Of a stretch of 64,000 nucleotides of DNA, positions 1-8,979 are shown in pieces. The notes below the pieces were generated by a model. The model saw only the letters and a list, made by a program, of their open reading frames with translations. It was not told the origin of the DNA and did not search any database. The DNA is taken from positions 480,001-544,000 of the forward strand of contig OZ219871.1 of assembly GCA_964291495.2 (NCBI GenBank), written 5' to 3'. The DNA comes from Dehalococcoidia bacterium (GTDB lineage Bacteria; Chloroflexota; Dehalococcoidia; UBA2979). The number at the start of each line of letters is the position of its first letter. The stretch's first letter is position 1. The position numbers were made by a program, and so were the translations under genes.

Positions 1-440
1 CCCACCCCCGCCAGGGGGGAGGGGGCCGGACCGCCCTCTACAGTTCCGAGTGGGAGTGTGGGTGCGGAGCCCCCCACGGAGGGGGGCGCGGGGCGCAGCC
101 GCAGCCACTGAGGGCGAGTGGGTGGGCCGGCTGCCCTGCGAGGTATCCCTCGCGTGCATGACAGGATCGTGCGCGCGCTCTCCGCGTGCGCCTCCCTCAC
201 CCCCGCCCTCTCCCTCGGGGAGAGGGGGCCGGACCGCCCTCTACAGTTCCGAGTGGGAGTGTGGGTGCGGAGCCCCCACGGAGGGGGGCGCGGGGCGCAG
301 CCGCAGCCACTGAGGGCGAGTGGGTGGGCCGGCTGCCCCGCGAGGTATCCCTCGCGTCCATGACAGGACCGTGCGCGCGCGCTCTCCGGCGTGCGCCTCC
401 CTCACCCCCCGCCCTCTCCCTCGGGGAGAGGGGGCCGGAC
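1..440. repeat. Tandem repeat of ~203-206-bp units (about 2.2 copies visible, may extend beyond the window), each with a BoxC-like hairpin
   Basis: GGGGCCGGAC recurs with GGA at 28, 231 and 437; the ~170-bp body (CCGCCCTCTACAGTTCCGAG...) is near-identical in copies 1 and 2; CCCTCACCCCCGCCCTCTCCCTCGGGGAGAGGGGG at 194-228 and 399-434. Confidence 0.9.
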
Positions 441-458
441 TCTCCGGACCAGGCGACG

Positions 459-1346
459 CTAGGACTCGCCGTTTGCGGATCCGCCGTCCCGGGGCTCGCT
501 GCGCGCGCCGCCGGAGATGCCGGCGAGCGTGCTGCTGAGGTTGCCGGCTACGCTCGCGAGGTCCATCGGGATGATCCACTTCGTCGACTGGCCGTCGCCG
601 AGCTGCTTCATCATCTCCAGGTACTGCAACCCCATCGTGTTGGAGTCCACGCCCTGCGCCACGTCGTAGATCCGCTCGAGGCCGATCGAGAAGCCCTCGG
701 CCTGCAGGATCTGGGCCTGCCTCGAACCCTCGGCACGCAGGATCGAGGACTCGCGCACGCCCTCGGCCTCGAGGATGGCGGCCTGCTTGTTGCCCTCGGC
801 GACGTTGATCGCCGACTGGCGCTGGCCCTCGGACTCGGTGATCTGGGCGCGCTTCGTGCGATCCGCCGTGAGCAGCTGGGTCATCGCGTCCTGGATGTCA
901 TGCTGCGGCGTGATCTCGCGGATCTCGATCGATGTGACCTTCACGCCCCAGCGGATCGTCTCGGTGGCGATCTTGGTCTGCAGGCGGGTGTTGATCTCCT
1001 CGCGCCGCGCCAGCACGTCCTCCACCGTCATGTCGCCAATCACCGCGCGCAGCGAGGTCGTCGCCAGGTTGCGGACGGCGATGATGAAGTTGCTGATGTT
1101 GATCACCGCCGCCTCGGCGTCGACGACCTGCAGGAAGACCACGAAGTCGACATCGACGAGCGCGTTGTCCTTGGTGATCGAGGTCTGCTTCGGCTCCTCG
1201 ATGACGAACTCGCGCATATCGACGCGCACGCCGCGGTCGATGAAGGGAACCATGACCACGAGGCCGGGGCCCCGCGTGCCGACGTAGCGGCCGAGGCGGA
1301 AGATCACCGCCCGCTCGTACTGCCGCACCACGCTGATGAAGAACAC
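459..1346 (-). CDS. SPFH/Band 7 (stomatin-like) protein
   Basis: VVRQYERAVIFRLGR, ITKDNALVDVD, TTSLRAVIGDM, WGVKVTSIEI, AEG repeats; GTG start at 1346 after GAGGAGG; upstream part of the 728-aa ORF is antisense shadow. Confidence 0.9.
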   Translation of the reverse strand: MFFISVVRQYERAVIFRLGRYVGTRGPGLVVMVPFIDRGVRVDMREFVIEEPKQTSITKDNALVDVDFVVFLQVVDAEAAVINISNFIIAVRNLATTSLRAVIGDMTVEDVLARREEINTRLQTKIATETIRWGVKVTSIEIREITPQHDIQDAMTQLLTADRTKRAQITESEGQRQSAINVAEGNKQAAILEAEGVRESSILRAEGSRQAQILQAEGFSIGLERIYDVAQGVDSNTMGLQYLEMMKQLGDGQSTKWIIPMDLASVAGNLSSTLAGISGGARSEPRDGGSANGES

Positions 1347-1387
1347 CCGCCACCTCCTCGAAACCGTTTGCTCACCCAGCTCTATCG

Positions 1388-1393
1388 AGTATA
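1388..1393 (-). promoter_or_regulatory. Putative -10 element (TATACT) of the SPFH gene
   Basis: GGCTATACT on the minus strand ~40 bp upstream of the GTG start. Confidence 0.5.
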
Positions 1394-1487
1394 GCCGGGC
1401 GCCGGAAGGCCCATGCGCCGTGGCCGCGGCGACCTCAGGTATCATGCGCCGGGCGCAGCGTGAGCAGCGCGCGATGGAGGACCGGTG

Positions 1488-2699
1488 ATGGCCGAGACGG
1501 ACGGCAATCTGGAGCGGCGCAGCGCACCGCGGATGCTCGAGGATCTCAAGGTGATTGACCTCACCACGATGATCGCCGGGCCGGTCACCGCGCGCATGTT
1601 CTCCGAGCTGGGCGCGAACGTGATCCACATCGAGCCGCCCTGGGGCGACGACGGGCGCAACTCGACCACGCCGTTCCTCGGGACCGAGGGCGTGCTCTAC
1701 ACGGTCTCCAACCGCAGCAAGCGCGGCATCGTGCTCGACATCCGCAACCCGAAGGGCCACGAGCTGCTGCTGCGCATGGTCGAGGACGCCGACGTCTTCA
1801 TCGAGAACATGCGGATCGGCGTGCTCGACAAGCGAGGGCTCGGCTACGAGGACCTCGCGAAGCTCAACCCCGGCCTCGTCTACATCTCGATCAGCGGCTG
1901 GGGCCGCGAAGGGCCGCTCAAGTACGAGCCCACCTACGACGTGATCATCCAGGCCTTCAGCACGGCGATGCGGCGCTACGACGACTACGGTCCGCCGCGC
2001 CTCAACGGCTCGATGGTGGGCGACACCTCGACGCCGCTGCTCGCCGCCTTCGCGGCGATGGCGGCGCTGCGCGAGCGCGACCGCACGGGGCGCGGCTCGC
2101 ACGTGACGAGCTCGTTGCTGCAAGGCGCGTTCCACATGATGGCGCCTCGCAAGCTGGTCCCGGAGAACGAGACGGGGCCGCCGCACGAGCGCCAGCTGCC
2201 GGCCGGCGCGGGCGTGTTCCAGACCTCGGACGGCGAGTGGACCTTCATCTGCGCGTGGACGAACGGGCAGTTCGAGCGCTTCGCCCAGCTCGCCGGCTAC
2301 CCGCACCTCGCCGGCGACCCGGCCTACGCGACGCGCCAGCTGCGCGAGGCCGCGCAGGTGGAGCTGAACGAGCTGTTCAACGCCTGGGTGCAGCCGCACA
2401 GGCGGGACGAGCTGATCACCGCCCTGCGCGCGGCCGACATCCCCTGCTCGCCCGTCTACGGCGGCGTCCAGGAGCTGATGGCGGACGAGCACGTCCAGGC
2501 CAACGACTTCGTCGTGGGCATCGACCACCCGACGAAGGGGCGCATCTGGCAGATGGGCGCCGGCTTCGAGATCAACGGGGAGCGTCCCGAGCTGACCTAC
2601 TCGCCGCTCTTCGGCGAGCACACGGACGAGGTGCTGCGCGAGCACGGCTGCTCCGACGCGGAGATCGCCGCGCTGCGCGAGGAAGGAGTGGTCGCATGA
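1488..2699 (+). CDS. Class III CoA-transferase (CaiB/BaiF family)
   Basis: LKVIDLTTMIAGP, NRSKRGIVLD, DVFIENMR, catalytic Asp in SMVGD, GEHTDEVL; GGAGG RBS. Confidence 0.92.
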   Translation: MAETDGNLERRSAPRMLEDLKVIDLTTMIAGPVTARMFSELGANVIHIEPPWGDDGRNSTTPFLGTEGVLYTVSNRSKRGIVLDIRNPKGHELLLRMVEDADVFIENMRIGVLDKRGLGYEDLAKLNPGLVYISISGWGREGPLKYEPTYDVIIQAFSTAMRRYDDYGPPRLNGSMVGDTSTPLLAAFAAMAALRERDRTGRGSHVTSSLLQGAFHMMAPRKLVPENETGPPHERQLPAGAGVFQTSDGEWTFICAWTNGQFERFAQLAGYPHLAGDPAYATRQLREAAQVELNELFNAWVQPHRRDELITALRAADIPCSPVYGGVQELMADEHVQANDFVVGIDHPTKGRIWQMGAGFEINGERPELTYSPLFGEHTDEVLREHGCSDAEIAALREEGVVA

Positions 2700-3622
2700 G
2701 GATCGCGATCTTCGGGCAGGCCGCCTTCGGCCTGGACACCTTCAACGCGCTGCGCGAGGCCGGCGAGCAGATCGTCGGCGTCTCCACCCCTCGGACGCCC
2801 GAGGGCGGGCGACCGGACCCGCTGCGCGCCGCAGCCGAGGAGGCCGGCTTGCCCTGGCTGGAGACGCGCGCGCTGCGCCGCGAGGAGGCCTTCGAGGCGT
2901 ACCGCGCGTGGGACGCGGAGCTGATCGTCTTCGCCTTCGTCACCGACATCGTGCGCAAGAACGTGCTGGACGCCGCCGCGCACGGCGCGATCCAGTACCA
3001 CCCCTCGCTGCTGCCGAAGTACCGCGGCCGCTCGGCGATGAACTGGCCGGTCGTCAACGGCGACGCGGAGACCGGCCTGACCATCTTCTGGGTCGACGAG
3101 GGCATCGACACCGGCCCGATCCTGCTCCAGCGCACCGTCGAGATCCGGCCCGACGACACGATGGGCTCCCTCTACTTCCAGCGCCTCTACCCCCTCGGCA
3201 TCGAGGCGCTCGCCGAGGCGACGGCGCTGGTGCGGGAGGGGCGCGCGCCGCGCATCGAGCAGGACCACTCGCTGGCGACGTACGAGCCGCCGTTCGAGGA
3301 CGAGCACGCGCTGGTCGACTGGTCCCGCCCGGCGCGCGCCGTCTTCAACCACGTGCGCGGCTGCGACCCGGCCCCCGGCGCGATCGCGGCGCTCGGCGAC
3401 GCGCGGGTGCGCCTCTTCGACCCCTCGCTCGCGCCCGCCGCGCCGTCGGAGCCGATCGGCACGGTGCTGGAGCCCGACGCCGCGAGCCCGGGCGCGGCGC
3501 GCATCGCCGTGATCGGCGGCGTGCTGACCGTCGGCCGCGCGCGCGCGGACGGCGGCAAGATCGCCGCCTCGGAGGTGCTGAGTCCCGGCGATCGCCTGAC
3601 GGCCGCGACGCTCGACGCCTGA
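2696..3622 (+). CDS. Formyltransferase family protein (Fmt-like; resembles the 10-formyl-THF dehydrogenase N-terminal domain)
   Basis: MRIAIFGQAAFG, YHPSLLPKYRG, DEGIDTGPIL; ATGA overlap with the CoA-transferase. Confidence 0.88.
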   Translation: MRIAIFGQAAFGLDTFNALREAGEQIVGVSTPRTPEGGRPDPLRAAAEEAGLPWLETRALRREEAFEAYRAWDAELIVFAFVTDIVRKNVLDAAAHGAIQYHPSLLPKYRGRSAMNWPVVNGDAETGLTIFWVDEGIDTGPILLQRTVEIRPDDTMGSLYFQRLYPLGIEALAEATALVREGRAPRIEQDHSLATYEPPFEDEHALVDWSRPARAVFNHVRGCDPAPGAIAALGDARVRLFDPSLAPAAPSEPIGTVLEPDAASPGAARIAVIGGVLTVGRARADGGKIAASEVLSPGDRLTAATLDA

Positions 3623-3638
3623 GCCGCGCCGGCCCTCG

Positions 3639-4799
3639 TTACGTCGAGTCCGCCGCGTCCGCCTCGGGAGGTTTGGTCGGCGCCCAGTAGCGGGCGGCAA
3701 AGTAGGCGAGGAAGGCGGCGAGCAGCAGCGCGATCACGCCGATCACCGCGAGCACGATCACCAGCAGCCGCCCGATCGTGAGGTCCGTCGAGCCCTGCCC
3801 GATCCCGATGCCGATCGCGAACGCGAGCGCCAGCGCCGCCCCGGCCCCGAGCACGCCCCCGGTGGGCAGGAACAGCTCCAGGATCACCAGCAGCACGGCG
3901 AGCACCACGAAGGCGAGCGCGGCCTCGGCGGGCAGCAGCGTGCCGACACCGAGGAAGAACAGCAGCAGCGCGAGCGCCCCGGCGACGCCGGGAAGGAACG
4001 AGCCGGGCGCGAAGAACAGCTCCGTCGCGATGCCGGCCATCCCGATTAGCAGCAGCAGCGTGACCACCAGCGGGTCGCCGAGGAAGGCGACGATCCGCTC
4101 GTAAGCGTTGAACTCGTTCTCCACGCGCGGCGCGATCGCGAGCTGGAGCACGACGATGCGCCCGTCGATCAGCTCCACCGCGCGGCCCTCGACGGCGGCG
4201 AGCAGCTCCGACTCCGTCGCCGCCACGAGGTCGACCACGTTCAGCTCCAGCGCCTCGTTCGGGGTCGCGGAGATCGCATCGCGGACGGCGGCCTCGGCCC
4301 AGTCGGCGTTGCGCCCGTGCAGCTCGGCGACGCCGCGCGCGAAGGCGACGGTGTCGTTGGTGACCTTGCGTCCGAGGGCGCCCTCGACGTCCTCGCCCGT
4401 GGCGGTGACCGGCGTCGCCGCTCCGATGGTCGTGTTCGGGGCCATCGCGGCGATGTGGCCGGCCATGGCGATGAACGTGCCGGCCGAGACGGCTTCCGCG
4501 CCCGGCGGGCCGACCCAGGTGATGACGGGCACCTCGGAGCGCTCGATGCGCCCGACGATCTCCTTCATCGCGCCGATCTCGCCGCCCGGCGTGTCAACGC
4601 GCAGCAACACGGCGCGGCCGCGGCTGTCCTCGGCGTGGTCGATCGCGCGGTCGATGTAGCTCGCGAGCACGCCGTCCACCTGCCGCTCGATCGTGACGAC
4701 GTGCAGCGCGCGCTCGGTGCTCTCGGCGCCACAGGCCGCCCCCAGCGCCGCGAGGGCGAGCGCGAGGGCGGGCAGGACGGCGCGAGCGGTACGGATCAT
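3639..4799 (-). CDS. nfeD: NfeD family membrane-bound ClpP-class serine protease, apparently lacking the C-terminal OB domain
   Basis: Signal peptide, DTPGG, AVSAGTFIAMAGHIAAMAPNTTIGAATPV, GRNADWAE, followed by TM helices. Confidence 0.85.
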   Translation of the reverse strand: MIRTARAVLPALALALAALGAACGAESTERALHVVTIERQVDGVLASYIDRAIDHAEDSRGRAVLLRVDTPGGEIGAMKEIVGRIERSEVPVITWVGPPGAEAVSAGTFIAMAGHIAAMAPNTTIGAATPVTATGEDVEGALGRKVTNDTVAFARGVAELHGRNADWAEAAVRDAISATPNEALELNVVDLVAATESELLAAVEGRAVELIDGRIVVLQLAIAPRVENEFNAYERIVAFLGDPLVVTLLLLIGMAGIATELFFAPGSFLPGVAGALALLLFFLGVGTLLPAEAALAFVVLAVLLVILELFLPTGGVLGAGAALALAFAIGIGIGQGSTDLTIGRLLVIVLAVIGVIALLLAAFLAYFAARYWAPTKPPEADAADST

Positions 4800-4845
4800 T
4801 CGCGGGCCTCCCCTGACACGATAGCCGTACGCGCGGGCGTCCGGC

Positions 4846-5478
4846 TCACAGCTCGCGGGCGAGGTCCTCGTCGCGACCGGCGAAGACGAGCATGTCGCCG
4901 GGGCCGATCGTGCGATCGCGGACGGGGTTGAGCTCGACCTCGCCGCGCCGCACGGCGATGAGCAGCCGCCGCGTGCCGTCCTGGCTGTCGACCTCGCCGA
5001 GGGTGCGGCCGTGCAGGTGCTCCGGCGCGTCCTGGATCGCAATCCCGTAGTCGTGGCTGATCGAGAGGTAGTCCCGGGCGCCCTGCACGCGCATCAGGTG
5101 CGCGAAGCGCTCGCCTCCGTCGCGCTCCGGCTGCACCACACGGGTGACGCCGATCCGCTGGAGGATCGAGGCGTGGAGCTCGTTGGAGGCCTTCGCGTAC
5201 ACCGCGGTCACGCCCAGCGCCTGCACGTTCATCGCCGCGAGGACGCTGGCCTCGATCACGCCGGTTGCGACGACGGCGGCGTCGACGTTGCCGACGCCGA
5301 GGTCGCGCAGCGCCAGCTCGTTGGTGATGTCGGCAACGGCGGCCTTCGCGGAGTGGGGCGCCGCCCGCTCCACGCTCGCCTCGTTGAAGTCCACCGCGAG
5401 CACCTCGTGGCCGAGTTGCCCGAGTTCACGGACGATCTGCGATCCGAAGCGCCCAAGTCCGAGTACGGCGATCTCCAT
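4846..5478 (-). CDS. ktrA: Ktr/Trk potassium uptake NAD-binding subunit
   Basis: IAVLGLGRFG, HEVLAVD, VVQPERDGG; adjacent to ktrB. Confidence 0.88.
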   Translation of the reverse strand: MEIAVLGLGRFGSQIVRELGQLGHEVLAVDFNEASVERAAPHSAKAAVADITNELALRDLGVGNVDAAVVATGVIEASVLAAMNVQALGVTAVYAKASNELHASILQRIGVTRVVQPERDGGERFAHLMRVQGARDYLSISHDYGIAIQDAPEHLHGRTLGEVDSQDGTRRLLIAVRRGEVELNPVRDRTIGPGDMLVFAGRDEDLAREL

Positions 5479-5498
5479 CGTTCGCTCCTCTCGCTCTG

Positions 5499-6902
5499 CT
5501 ACCCGATGCGCACGCGCCCGTACGAGTAACGGTAGCGCTCCTGCGGGCGGTCCGGAATCGAGATCGCGACGATCAGCGGTCCGAGCCGCCCGACGAACAT
5601 CAAGGCGGTCATCAGGATGACGCCCGGCGTGGAGAGCTCACCCGTGCTGCCCATCGACCAGCCGACGTTGGCGAGGCCGGACATGACCTCGAACAGCAGC
5701 TGGACGAACGGTCCGTCCTCGAACCTCAGCAGCAGCGACAGCCCGCCGGCGAGCAGGAAGACGCCGAGCAGCGTGACGGCCGTCGCGCGCAGCACGATCG
5801 CCTGCGGGATCTCGCGCCCGAAGACCTGCGCGCTGTGCCTGCCGCGGAGGGCGGAGAGGATCACGACGAGCGAGACCATGAAGGTCCCGATCTTGATCCC
5901 GCTCGCGGTGGAGGTGGACGCGCCGCCGATGAACATCAGCGGCAGCAGCATCGCGATGGTTGGATCCTGCAACGAGGCGATTTCGATCGTCGACATGCCG
6001 GTCGTGCGGTTGACGGCGAGGAAGTAGATGTTCGCGAGCGCCTCGAAGGGGTTGAGGCCGCTGAGCGGATTGCCCGCGCGCAGCTCGATGCTCGCGAACA
6101 CCAGCATGGCGATCAGCTGTATCGCCGCCATCCCGATCACGACCAGCCGCGTGTCGAGCGACCAGCGCCGCGGGCGCACTCGCAGGTTGAAGACAGTGAT
6201 GAAGGACAGGCTGCCGAGGAAGGCGGCAGTCCCCATCACGATGATCGGATAGGGCTCGTCGACCTGCCCGCTGAACCCGCGGCCCCCGCCCATCAGATCG
6301 AAGCCCGCGCAGTTGGAGGCGGAAATGGCGTGGAAGAAGGCCCGCCAGATCGCCGGGGCGGCGTCCCATTTCGTCAGCGACCAGGGCAGCAGCAGCAGGA
6401 ACGTCACGGCCTCGAGCGTGAAGACGAACAGTGCCGCGCGGCGCAGCAGGCGGCGCACGTCGCGCTCGGCGTCCCCCATCAGCTCGATGCCGAAGAAGTC
6501 GCGGCCGCGCAGGCCGAACTGCCCGCCGACGAAGAGGATCAGCATCCCCGCGTACATCGTGACGCCGAGCCCGCCGAGCTGGATCAGCACGACGACGACG
6601 AGCTCTCCGAAGAAGCTGAACTGGTCGGCCGTGTCGAAGCGCACGAGGCCGGTGACGCAAATCGCCGAGGTCGCGGTGAAGAGGGCGTCCCAGCCGTTGG
6701 TCCACTCACCGGACTCGGAGGAGATGGGCAGCGAGAGCAGCAGCGCGCCCAGCCCGATCAGCACGGCGAAGGCGGCGGGCACCATCCAGGGCCGGGGACG
6801 GAGGTTGCGCCGCTGGATCGCGGCGACGCGCACCGTCTCCGAGCGACGCCGCGCGCGCCGGACCACCCTGTCGCCGGGGAGCCTGCCTCCGAGACGCCTC
6901 AT
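5499..6902 (-). CDS. ktrB: Ktr/Trk potassium uptake membrane subunit
   Basis: DALFTATSAICVTGL, LIQLGGLG, MFIGGASTSTASGIK, MFVGRLGPL. Confidence 0.92.
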   Translation of the reverse strand: MRRLGGRLPGDRVVRRARRRSETVRVAAIQRRNLRPRPWMVPAAFAVLIGLGALLLSLPISSESGEWTNGWDALFTATSAICVTGLVRFDTADQFSFFGELVVVVLIQLGGLGVTMYAGMLILFVGGQFGLRGRDFFGIELMGDAERDVRRLLRRAALFVFTLEAVTFLLLLPWSLTKWDAAPAIWRAFFHAISASNCAGFDLMGGGRGFSGQVDEPYPIIVMGTAAFLGSLSFITVFNLRVRPRRWSLDTRLVVIGMAAIQLIAMLVFASIELRAGNPLSGLNPFEALANIYFLAVNRTTGMSTIEIASLQDPTIAMLLPLMFIGGASTSTASGIKIGTFMVSLVVILSALRGRHSAQVFGREIPQAIVLRATAVTLLGVFLLAGGLSLLLRFEDGPFVQLLFEVMSGLANVGWSMGSTGELSTPGVILMTALMFVGRLGPLIVAISIPDRPQERYRYSYGRVRIG

Positions 6903-7049
6903 GCGCGCCTGGCCTTGTCTGCCGGCCCCCGCCGGCCTGCTCGAACCAGCCTACGCCTGCGGCGCGCTGGGCGCAGCAGTCTGAGCGGGCATCCGCGTTG
7001 ACAGATCGCCGCCGCGCGGCGACCGTGCTGCGGGCGGAGGGACAGGCAC

Positions 7050-7892
7050 ATGGGCAAGCTCGACGGACGGGTCGCGCTCGTCACCGGGGCGAGCCGCGGC
7101 ATCGGCGAATCGATCGCCGCACGCTTCGCGGCCGAGGGCGCACGCGTCGTCTGTGTCGCCCGCACGCTGAGCGAGGGCGACCACCAGCTCGAGGGCTCGC
7201 TGGAGCGCACGGTCGCCGCGATCGGCGAGGCCGGGGGCGAGGCAGCGGCCGTCGCCGCCAACATCTCCGAGGTCGACGAGTGCCGCCGCGTGGTGGCCGA
7301 GGCGGAGCAGGCCTTCGGCCCGGTCGACGTCCTCGTGAACAACGCCGCGGCGAACTATTTCGCGCCGGTCGCGGAGATCCCGGAGCGGCGCTGGCAGCGC
7401 GTCTTCGCGGTCAACGTGCACGCCCCGTTCCTGCTCGCGCAGAGCGTGCTGCCCGGGATGATCGAGCGCGGCGGCGGCGCGATCGTGAACATCGGCTCCG
7501 GCGGCGCGATCGGCCCCGGCCGCGGCCCCTACCCCACGGTCGCCGAGGGCCGCGCCGTCCTCTACGGCTCGACCAAAGCCGCGCTTGAGCGCTTCACGCA
7601 GGGGCTGGCCGAGGAGGTCGAGCGCCACGGCGTCGCCGTCTCCTGCGTCTCGCCCTCCGAGCCCGTGCGGACACCAGGCGCGCTGTTCCACCTCGAAGTC
7701 TCCGGGATGGGCGACAAGGGCGCACCCGTCGACTACATGGTCGAGGCTGCGCTGCTGCTGGCGACGGAGCCGCTCGAGCGGGTGAGCGGGCTCGTGACCT
7801 ACGACCAGCGACTGCTCAAGGAGTACGGCCTGCTCGCGGACGCGAAGGGCACCGGCGTCACGAGTCCGGGCTCGGGCTACTCGGACAGCTAG
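7050..7892 (+). CDS. SDR family oxidoreductase
   Basis: VTGASRGIG, LVNNAA, YGSTK. Confidence 0.92.
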   Translation: MGKLDGRVALVTGASRGIGESIAARFAAEGARVVCVARTLSEGDHQLEGSLERTVAAIGEAGGEAAAVAANISEVDECRRVVAEAEQAFGPVDVLVNNAAANYFAPVAEIPERRWQRVFAVNVHAPFLLAQSVLPGMIERGGGAIVNIGSGGAIGPGRGPYPTVAEGRAVLYGSTKAALERFTQGLAEEVERHGVAVSCVSPSEPVRTPGALFHLEVSGMGDKGAPVDYMVEAALLLATEPLERVSGLVTYDQRLLKEYGLLADAKGTGVTSPGSGYSDS

Positions 7893-7898
7893 GCAGAT

Positions 7899-8357
7899 CT
7901 AGCCGCTCCGCGGGCTCAGCCGCACGAGCGGGATCTCGCGCGGGTGGGCCTCCGCGATCATCTCGTCGTAGCGCGGGTAGGCGCGCGCGGCGATCGGCCA
8001 GAGCCGCTCGCGATCCTCGCCCTCGATCAGCGAGGCGAGCACGGGGATGCGACGGCGCCGCACGTAGACCCAGGCGTGCGGATCGGCGAGCAGGTTGTGA
8101 AACCAGGCGGGGTGGCGCGGGCTCCCACCGATCGAGCCGACGACGAAGTAGTCGTCGCCGTCCTCGAAGTAGAAGAGGGGCGACTCGCGCAGCTCGCCGC
8201 TGTGGCGCCCGATGCTCACGAGCAACAACGTCGGCACGTAGGGCACACCGATGCGCCTCGTGACGTGGCGGCTGAGCAGCGAGTACCCGGTGTAGCGCAC
8301 CAGCACCCGCTCCACGCGCGCGCGGATGCGGAGCAGGTCGAGCAGCGCGATCAGCAT
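7899..8357 (-). CDS. Deazaflavin (F420)-dependent nitroreductase family protein (Ddn-like)
   Basis: GRHSGELRESPL, GSIGGSPRHPAWFHNLLADP, REIPLV. Confidence 0.88.
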   Translation of the reverse strand: MLIALLDLLRIRARVERVLVRYTGYSLLSRHVTRRIGVPYVPTLLLVSIGRHSGELRESPLFYFEDGDDYFVVGSIGGSPRHPAWFHNLLADPHAWVYVRRRRIPVLASLIEGEDRERLWPIAARAYPRYDEMIAEAHPREIPLVRLSPRSG

Positions 8358-8437
8358 CCAGGCCCCTCACGCGGGTTGCGGCTATTGTGGCATGGACCTG
8401 GCCCGGGCTCGGCCCGGTACGACGATTCTGAGGCCTC

Positions 8438-8899
8438 ATGAGCAACGCCACACACTTCCGCGCACGCGCCATCGCCCGCCTGAGGGCGTCGACGATCTAC
8501 TGGATCGCGACGACGCGGCCGGACGGACGGCCGCACTCGATGCCCGTCTGGGGTGTCTGGGTGGACGGGGCGCTCTGGTTCGGCACGTATGGGCAGAAGG
8601 TCCGCAACCTCGAGCACGTCCCGTACGCCGTCGCCCACATCGAGAGCGGCGAGGACGTCGCGATCATCGAGGGGCCGGTCGAACGGCTGGATCTCGCGGC
8701 TGCACCCGCGGCCGTGGTCGCTGCCTACCGCGAGAAGTACGTCGACCCGACGACGGGCGGGCCGTTCGAGCTCGAGGCCGCGACGGAGTCGGGGGATGAC
8801 AGCTGGCTCTACATGCTCCGCCCGCGCATCGGCCACGCTTGGGTCGAGGGCGCCTACCTGGAGACGCAGACACGCTGGACCTCCGGGGACGGCTCGTAG
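8438..8899 (+). CDS. Pyridoxamine 5'-phosphate oxidase-like (split beta-barrel, probably F420/FMN) protein
   Basis: YWIATTRPDGRPHSMPVWGVW, KVRNL. Confidence 0.85.
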   Translation: MSNATHFRARAIARLRASTIYWIATTRPDGRPHSMPVWGVWVDGALWFGTYGQKVRNLEHVPYAVAHIESGEDVAIIEGPVERLDLAAAPAAVVAAYREKYVDPTTGGPFELEAATESGDDSWLYMLRPRIGHAWVEGAYLETQTRWTSGDGS

Positions 8900-8979
8900 C
8901 GACCCGGCCCTGCGAGCGCATCGACGCCCCGCGCGCCGGAGCGTAGCCTGACCGGCGCGCGGAGGGGGCGCGAGGCGCG

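Noticed and set aside
1-440. Repeat array as CRISPR
   Set aside because: Inter-hairpin segments are near-identical ~170-bp copies rather than unique spacers, and no cas genes are present
50-1394. ORFs 50-313, 118-363, 186-1394 and 241-579
   Set aside because: Translations of the repeat (PSPPPSP / SLGERG) or the antisense of the SPFH gene
1347-2645. 728-aa ORF as a CoA-transferase-SPFH fusion
   Set aside because: The N-terminal part is the antisense shadow of caiB; the SPFH gene has its own RBS and GTG at 1346
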